Both the position numbers and the translations under genes were made by a program. A stretch of 28,353 nucleotides of DNA from a virus (Duplodnaviria > Heunggongvirae > Uroviricota > Caudoviricetes): positions 1-28,353 of the IMG/VR virus record IMGVR_UViG_3300035210_000102; one strand, written 5' to 3'. Under the pieces are notes generated by a model. The model worked only from the letters and a program-made list of their open reading frames with translations. It did not search any database and had not been told where the DNA came from. This document shows positions 24,180 to 28,353 of this stretch, one piece after another (the stretch's first letter is position 1; the number at the start of each line of letters is the position of its first letter).

Positions 24180-24260
24180 ATGGGTTCGAATCCTCTCGGG
24201 GGCGCCAATTTATGCCCCTGTAGCTCAGTGGTAGAGCGGCCGGCTTCAACGTGATGCGGC
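24180..24260 (+). ncRNA. Circularly permuted tRNA-like module 2
   Basis: T-arm ATGGG-TTCGAAT-CCTCT, CGGGGGC-G-CCA (ends 24207), 6-nt linker, GCCCCTG (24214-20) pairing 7/7, D-arm GCTC-AGTGGTA-GAGC, GCCG/CGGC stem without a canonical anticodon loop. Confidence 0.8.
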
Positions 24261-24415
24261 ATATTAAACGTGTGGAAGGGAGAAAATCACGGTTTCACGT
24301 ATGGTCAGTCGGCACCGTGTATGTGGTACAGGCACGCCGACGCTTGTAGATCCATAATCAACCGCTCGGCGGGCCGGCTACGCCCGTCGAGCACCATTTT
24401 TCGCGGTGATCTGGC

Positions 24416-24607
24416 ATGAAATACGCCCCAAAAACGCGCCTCTGGTGGGATGAACTGCCCACATCGGACGATTCCGAGGCATCCGGCGACAGTTTTACCG
24501 TGCACGAGGCGCCCGACACGCCCCAACCGACCGGATTGCTCGACGCGCAGGGGAATCCGCTGTTCCGAGTGCCCGAAAAGCACCCTATTGGCTTCCACGC
24601 GCGCTAA
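24416..24607 (+). CDS. Small phage hypothetical protein (63 aa)
   Basis: TGLLDAQGNPLFR...PIGF motif. Confidence 0.65.
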   Translation: MKYAPKTRLWWDELPTSDDSEASGDSFTVHEAPDTPQPTGLLDAQGNPLFRVPEKHPIGFHAR

Positions 24608-24694
24608 ATCGCTGCCTTTTTCACGCAATCTGCGTGTCCGGCATCGTTTTTCACGCGAAATCATCGTTTTTCACGCTATAATCGAGATCGACAC

Positions 24695-24895
24695 ATGGCA
24701 GCAGACCCGAAAATGCGGCAAGGCCCCCTCTGGATGATGGAAAGCAACGCGGAAACGCAGCGCAAGGCGGCCGAAAGCGCCCGCGCCGACGCAGTCCGCA
24801 GCATACGCTACGCTGAAGAGGCGGACATCCGCGCTGTCGAGTATGAGGAGGCCGCCGCACTCCTGCGCGCCGCAAAACAGGGTGGGAAACAATGA
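24695..24895 (+). CDS. Hypothetical protein (66 aa)
   Basis: Helical Ala/Glu/Arg-rich ORF coupled to the next micro-ORF. Confidence 0.6.
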   Translation: MAADPKMRQGPLWMMESNAETQRKAAESARADAVRSIRYAEEADIRAVEYEEAAALLRAAKQGGKQ

Positions 24896-24957
24896 TCGGG
24901 TTCGTAATCGGCTGTGTGATCGGTGTGTTCGTGATGTACATCATTTTCGAAATATAG
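24892..24957 (+). CDS. 21-aa hydrophobic membrane peptide (MIGFVIGCVIGVFVMYIIFEI)
   Basis: ATGA overlap with the upstream stop; single transmembrane-length hydrophobic run. Confidence 0.5.
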   Translation: MIGFVIGCVIGVFVMYIIFEI

Positions 24958-24961
24958 AATG

Positions 24962-25019
24962 TCCCCTGTAGCTCAGTTGGCAGAGCCATGGGTCGCCGGT
25001 TCAAGCCCGGCCAGGGGGA
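24962..25019 (+). pseudogene. tRNA-like gene lacking the anticodon arm (58 nt)
   Basis: TCCCCTG/CAGGGGG acceptor, GCTC-AGTTGGCA-GAGC D-arm, only CATGGGTC before the T-arm GCCGG-TTCAAGC-CCGGC; no encoded CCA. Confidence 0.7.
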
Positions 25020-25023
25020 AGTG

Positions 25024-25101
25024 CCGGGGAGGTTGGAAGGGTTATACACCGCGCAGGGCGGCTCGAGTAACGCGCCTGCCGATACCTTCCACCCTCCCCG
25101 G
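25024..25101 (+). ncRNA. Candidate structured RNA (long hairpin) inside the tRNA cluster
   Basis: CCGGGGAGG/CCTCCCCGG (9 bp), TGGAAGG/CCTTCCA (7 bp), GCAGG-GCG/CGC-G-CCTGC inner stem. Confidence 0.45.
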
Positions 25102-25109
25102 GGCGCTTT

Positions 25110-25185
25110 TGGGATGTAGCTCAGCTGGCAGAGCAGCGCGCTGTTAACGCGACGGTCGCAGGTTCGACCCCTGCCATCCCAGCCA
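25110..25185 (+). tRNA. tRNA-Asn (GTT)
   Basis: Full cloverleaf; TGGGATG/CATCCCA acceptor, anticodon GTT at 25143-45, G73, encoded CCA. Confidence 0.95.
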
Positions 25186-25195
25186 AATTACACGG

Positions 25196-25270
25196 ATCGG
25201 TGTAGCTTAGTGGTCAAAGCGGCGGTCTCCAAAACCGTGATCGCGGGTTCGAGTCCCGCCTCCGATGCCA
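25196..25270 (+). tRNA. tRNA-Trp (CCA)
   Basis: Cloverleaf; ATCGGTG/CTCCGAT acceptor (one T-T mismatch), anticodon CCA at 25229-31, G73, encoded CCA. Confidence 0.92.
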
Positions 25271-25272
25271 GC

Positions 25273-25346
25273 TCCCGCTTCGTCTAATGGTAGGACACGA
25301 GATTTTGAGTCTCGGTATTGTGGTTCGAGTCCATGCGCGGGAACCA
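25273..25346 (+). tRNA. tRNA-Gln (TTG)
   Basis: Cloverleaf; U1-A72, CGAGA/TCTCG anticodon stem, TTG at 25305-07, encoded CCA. Confidence 0.9.
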
Positions 25347-25360
25347 ACACGGAAGCATCT

Positions 25361-25720
25361 ATGTCACGCAAGCCTATCCTCTGCCTCGACTTTGACGGCG
25401 TGCTGCATTCCTACACGAGCAAATGGCAAGGCGCCGACATTATCCCGGACCCGCCCGTGCCCGGCATGGTCGAGTTTCTCACCGAAGCTGTGAAGGTGTT
25501 TGACGTGCAGGTCTACAGCACGAGGTCCGCGCATCCTGGCGGCATTCAGGCGATGATGGCATGGATGGCCAAATACGTGCCGGCGGAAGTCGCCGCCAAG
25601 ATCAGCTACCCCGTTAGCAAGCCCCCGGCTCTCGTGACGATCGACGATCGCGCAGTTCGATTTGAGGGCGTCTGGCCAGACATTCAGTGGTTGCGCGATC
25701 TCAAGCCCTGGAACAAATAA
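25361..25720 (+). CDS. HAD-superfamily hydrolase (phage nucleotidase/phosphatase-like)
   Basis: LCLDFDGVLH motif I, VYSTR motif II, KPPA...IDDRA motifs III/IV. Confidence 0.85.
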   Translation: MSRKPILCLDFDGVLHSYTSKWQGADIIPDPPVPGMVEFLTEAVKVFDVQVYSTRSAHPGGIQAMMAWMAKYVPAEVAAKISYPVSKPPALVTIDDRAVRFEGVWPDIQWLRDLKPWNK

Positions 25721-25723
25721 AAT

Positions 25724-25753
25724 AGCCGGCTGCACGGGGATGGGCAGCCGGCT
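25724..25753. terminator. Hairpin between convergent genes, probable terminator
   Basis: AGCCGGCTGC-N10-GCAGCCGGCT perfect 10-bp stem. Confidence 0.6.
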
Positions 25754-25780
25754 TACACAACCCCTGGGACGGGGGATGGC

Positions 25781-26533
25781 TTATTTCAGCGGAGCATATC
25801 CGCCGTTCAGATGGTAGTTCAATCCGACCTTCACGATATTCACAACAAGGTCGTTATGGATGGAAAACTCTGGCGCCTGGGCGATCGGCCGCAGGTCGAA
25901 ACTGCCAAAGTCGAAATACTGATATTCGCCCTTCAGGCTCCATGACGGGCTCAGCGCGTATTCGATACCGCCGCCGATCGTCCAGCCGTCAAAACTGCTC
26001 TTGCTGACATTGTAGGCCGACAGGTCGATGCCCGTAACCGCGGCATGGATACCGGCCGAAGCGTCGAGATAAGCCCAGCCGCCTTTGGCGTAGAACAGTG
26101 CAGGCCCGGCCGCATAGCCGATGCGCCCCGTCACGTCAGCCAGGAGGCCGCTTTCGGTCTTCGTGCCAACGCCAGCGCTCGCGCCGCCAAGCGACAGCGA
26201 GATAAGGTCGCGCGTCTGCGAGAAGCCCAGCACGCCGACGTCGGCTTCGATGCCGAGCAAGAGAGCGCCCGTCTGGTAGTTGTAGCCGAGCTGCCCGCCG
26301 CCCGCGATGCCGGCATCCGCGTTCGTATGGTTGATGTTGATCACGTCAAACAGGTTGAGGCTGGAATCCAGTTGCCGCCATCCCCCGCCGACATTGGCGC
26401 CGATGTAGAAGCCCGTCCAGCTCTGTGCTGGCACAATCGGGGCTGGTGCGTCCTTGCTGGAGTAAAGGTCGGCAGCAGCAGCGGCGCCCGCCATAAGCAG
26501 TGATGCGGCGCCAGCAGTTAGAATGCGTCTCAT
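25781..26533 (-). CDS. Outer-membrane beta-barrel protein, Omp25/Omp31/RopB family
   Basis: Signal peptide ending AAA-ADL; SWTGFYIGANVGGG, GGGQLGYNYQ, GRIGYA, GWTIGGGIEY, SLKGEYQYFDFG, VKVGLNYH. Confidence 0.9.
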   Translation of the reverse strand: MRRILTAGAASLLMAGAAAAADLYSSKDAPAPIVPAQSWTGFYIGANVGGGWRQLDSSLNLFDVININHTNADAGIAGGGQLGYNYQTGALLLGIEADVGVLGFSQTRDLISLSLGGASAGVGTKTESGLLADVTGRIGYAAGPALFYAKGGWAYLDASAGIHAAVTGIDLSAYNVSKSSFDGWTIGGGIEYALSPSWSLKGEYQYFDFGSFDLRPIAQAPEFSIHNDLVVNIVKVGLNYHLNGGYAPLK

Positions 26534-26866
26534 GTAGGGTGTTCCTCTTGTGGCCCCCCGGCGTTTCTACGCGGAATACTCAATGAGCGTATTGCCTACG
26601 CTGATTTGCGACAAATCGTGGTGACAATTATGCAACGCGCGCAACGCAAGCGGAGGAAACGCCGCGCCGACAAGAGAAACCCGGCCGCCAAAAGCCTAGA
26701 AATTCGGCAATTTAAGCAATCCGTTATCCCTAACAAAAAGAAAAATAGGGCGCCCGAAATAGTGGTTACACCTTCTTAACTGAGACATCACGTTTTGGTT
26801 GATTACGCAACCTGCGTGCGGCATCCTATTCTTATAGACGCAAACAGCGTACAAGGTGAGTACAGA

Positions 26867-27196
26867 ATGCCACGGCCATTTGAACAGATTTTAGTAGAGC
26901 TGCGCAACGGGCGCTTCTCGCAACAACTTACCGACGAGTTCGATGAACTTGCCAGAGCGGTTCACTCTACAGGTAAGTCTGGCACCATAAATCTCAAGCT
27001 GACCCTCAAGCCAAGTGGCGAGAACGGTCTCGAGATCGAAGGGAAGACATCCACGACTATTCCCAAGGCCGACGTCGGCAAAGGTTTCTTGTTCTTCGAT
27101 GCCGAAGGCAACCTGACCCGCAGCGACACTCGGCAGCGCGAAATGCAGCTTGAAGCCGCCGGCGTGACGCCGTTGCGCGCGGAAGCAAATGCTTAG
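26867..27196 (+). CDS. Conserved phage protein that typically precedes DUF2303 genes
   Basis: ELARAVHSTGKSGTINLKLTLKP...FFDAEGNLTRSDTRQREM; start placed at MPRPF. Confidence 0.75.
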   Translation: MPRPFEQILVELRNGRFSQQLTDEFDELARAVHSTGKSGTINLKLTLKPSGENGLEIEGKTSTTIPKADVGKGFLFFDAEGNLTRSDTRQREMQLEAAGVTPLRAEANA

Positions 27197-28100
27197 CCCT
27201 CCCTTCTTCAGCCCCGAATTTTCCCGCATCTTTAAGGAGCGCATTCCCTTGGCCATAAACTTCCCCTCAACCCCTCACGAGCTTGAAAGCGATCACGGGC
27301 TTGTTGAGTTCACCGACCGCGCCATCAACCTCGGCGCCACACTTATTGCGCCACAAGCGAAGCCTGACGGCACAGGCAGCTACGTCATCATTCCGGAAGG
27401 AATGAAGGTGCATAACATCTCAGACGAACGCTACATTCCGGATCACATCCGACAAAGCGTTCAGATGATCAACCCGACATCGCTTTCTGCTTATGTGAAG
27501 GCGTACAAAGACAAGGACGGCGCCACCACGATCTTTGCCGATCCTCACCGGCAGAACATCGCGGCGATCTTGAACTATCACACGCCGGATAAAGCCAACC
27601 GCATCGACCACAACGCGACGCTCGTTGTTCAGTTCGATCCGATCTATCACGCTTGGCAAAAGCTTGACGGCATTTGGATCGATCAAGTCGATTTCGCCCG
27701 CTTCCTCGAAGAGCATGCTGGCGAGATCACCGCTCCGGACCCCGCTCAGATTATCGAGATCGCCCGCAGCCTCGAGGTCTCGACACAAATCGAGTTCAAG
27801 AAGGCGGTCAACCTTTCGAACGACACAGTGCAGTTGAATTTCGTCCAGCAGGACAGCACGCGCACTGCCGGCTCTTTCGAAATCCCGAAGGCGGTCACAA
27901 TCAGCACGCCCGTTTACTTCGGCGGCGCCCCGCAGGAGATCAAATTCTTCTTCCGCTACAGCGCCAAAAACGGCGGGCTGAAGTTCAAGCTCGACATGTT
28001 CCGCAAGAGCTACATCGAGCGCGACGCCTTCCTGGGTATCGCCAGCACAGTCGCCGCGGATGCCGGCGTGCCCCTCTATCTGGGCCGCCTAACCTCGTAG
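27189..28100 (+). CDS. DUF2303 / YfdQ-family protein
   Basis: SLSAYV, AILNYH, WIDQVDFARFLEEH, FEIPKAVTISTPVYFGG; true start may be the TTG at 27249 (AAGGAG upstream). Confidence 0.85.
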   Translation: MLSPPFFSPEFSRIFKERIPLAINFPSTPHELESDHGLVEFTDRAINLGATLIAPQAKPDGTGSYVIIPEGMKVHNISDERYIPDHIRQSVQMINPTSLSAYVKAYKDKDGATTIFADPHRQNIAAILNYHTPDKANRIDHNATLVVQFDPIYHAWQKLDGIWIDQVDFARFLEEHAGEITAPDPAQIIEIARSLEVSTQIEFKKAVNLSNDTVQLNFVQQDSTRTAGSFEIPKAVTISTPVYFGGAPQEIKFFFRYSAKNGGLKFKLDMFRKSYIERDAFLGIASTVAADAGVPLYLGRLTS

Positions 28101-28158
28101 TCCGCGAACCAGCTGCCGGCGTACCTCCCGCCGGCAGCTTTCACATGCAGGTAAGCCC

Positions 28159-28353
28159 ATGGCTAAATTCATCCCCTTCACCCACGACTGCGCTGTCTGC
28201 GGACAACCGAACGCGGCCTGGGGCCTGAAAGTCCGGATGCGCTACGCCGAGTTCGGCGAGTGGTATTGCCACGAGCACTACCCGCACAAAGAGAAATTCC
28301 CAATCGTCGTGCGCCCGCGCGGTGCCCCCATCCTGCCGCAGCGAAAGCCGGTG
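28159..28353 (+). CDS. Small zinc-finger-like protein, truncated by the window end
   Basis: Translated by hand: MAKFIPFTHDCAVCGQPNAAWG...EWYCHEH; no stop before the end of the window. Confidence 0.55.
   Translation, partial: MAKFIPFTHDCAVCGQPNAAWGLKVRMRYAEFGEWYCHEHYPHKEKFPIVVRPRGAPILPQRKPV

Noticed and set aside
24045-24207. One ordinary tRNA with a long insertion or intron
   Set aside because: GGGGATG cannot pair with CGGGGGC; each 5' half pairs only with the 3' half that precedes it
24012-24260. Permuted modules read as a two-piece alphaproteobacterial tmRNA
   Set aside because: Neither acceptor stem has G3-U70, both have full D stems (tmRNA lacks one), there are two modules, and no tag reading frame was recognised
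25196-25270. Possible suppressor tRNA or stop-codon reassignment
   Set aside because: The anticodon is the standard Trp CCA, and TAA, TAG and TGA all end well-supported genes in this window

Overview
This window is the non-structural part of an alphaproteobacterial (probably Hyphomicrobiales) temperate phage or phage-plasmid; no virion genes are visible. From left to right it holds: a leftward recombination operon (Holliday junction resolvase-like nuclease, YqaJ exonuclease); a CI-like repressor divergent from a class II ribonucleotide reductase; an SSB-like gene and a primase-VirE helicase followed by an iteron-like origin; about 30 small leftward early genes punctuated by repeated terminator hairpins; a minimal tyrosine recombinase; a Rep-like HTH gene; a tRNA region with three intact tRNAs (Asn, Trp, Gln); a HAD hydrolase; an Omp25/RopB-like outer-membrane protein; and the DUF2303 operon. 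The most unusual signal is a set of non-canonical tRNA-shaped RNAs. Directly behind a conserved 246-aa orphan gene are two tandem, circularly permuted tRNA-like modules (T-arm + CCA first, then the matching 5' acceptor strand + D-arm). There is also a 222-nt tRNA-framed RNA with a large structured insertion at the variable arm, and a tRNA with no anticodon arm. A three-peptide acidic/Cys-rich micro-operon missed by the ORF track was also found. All structures were folded by eye and all family assignments come from motif recognition, not database searches.
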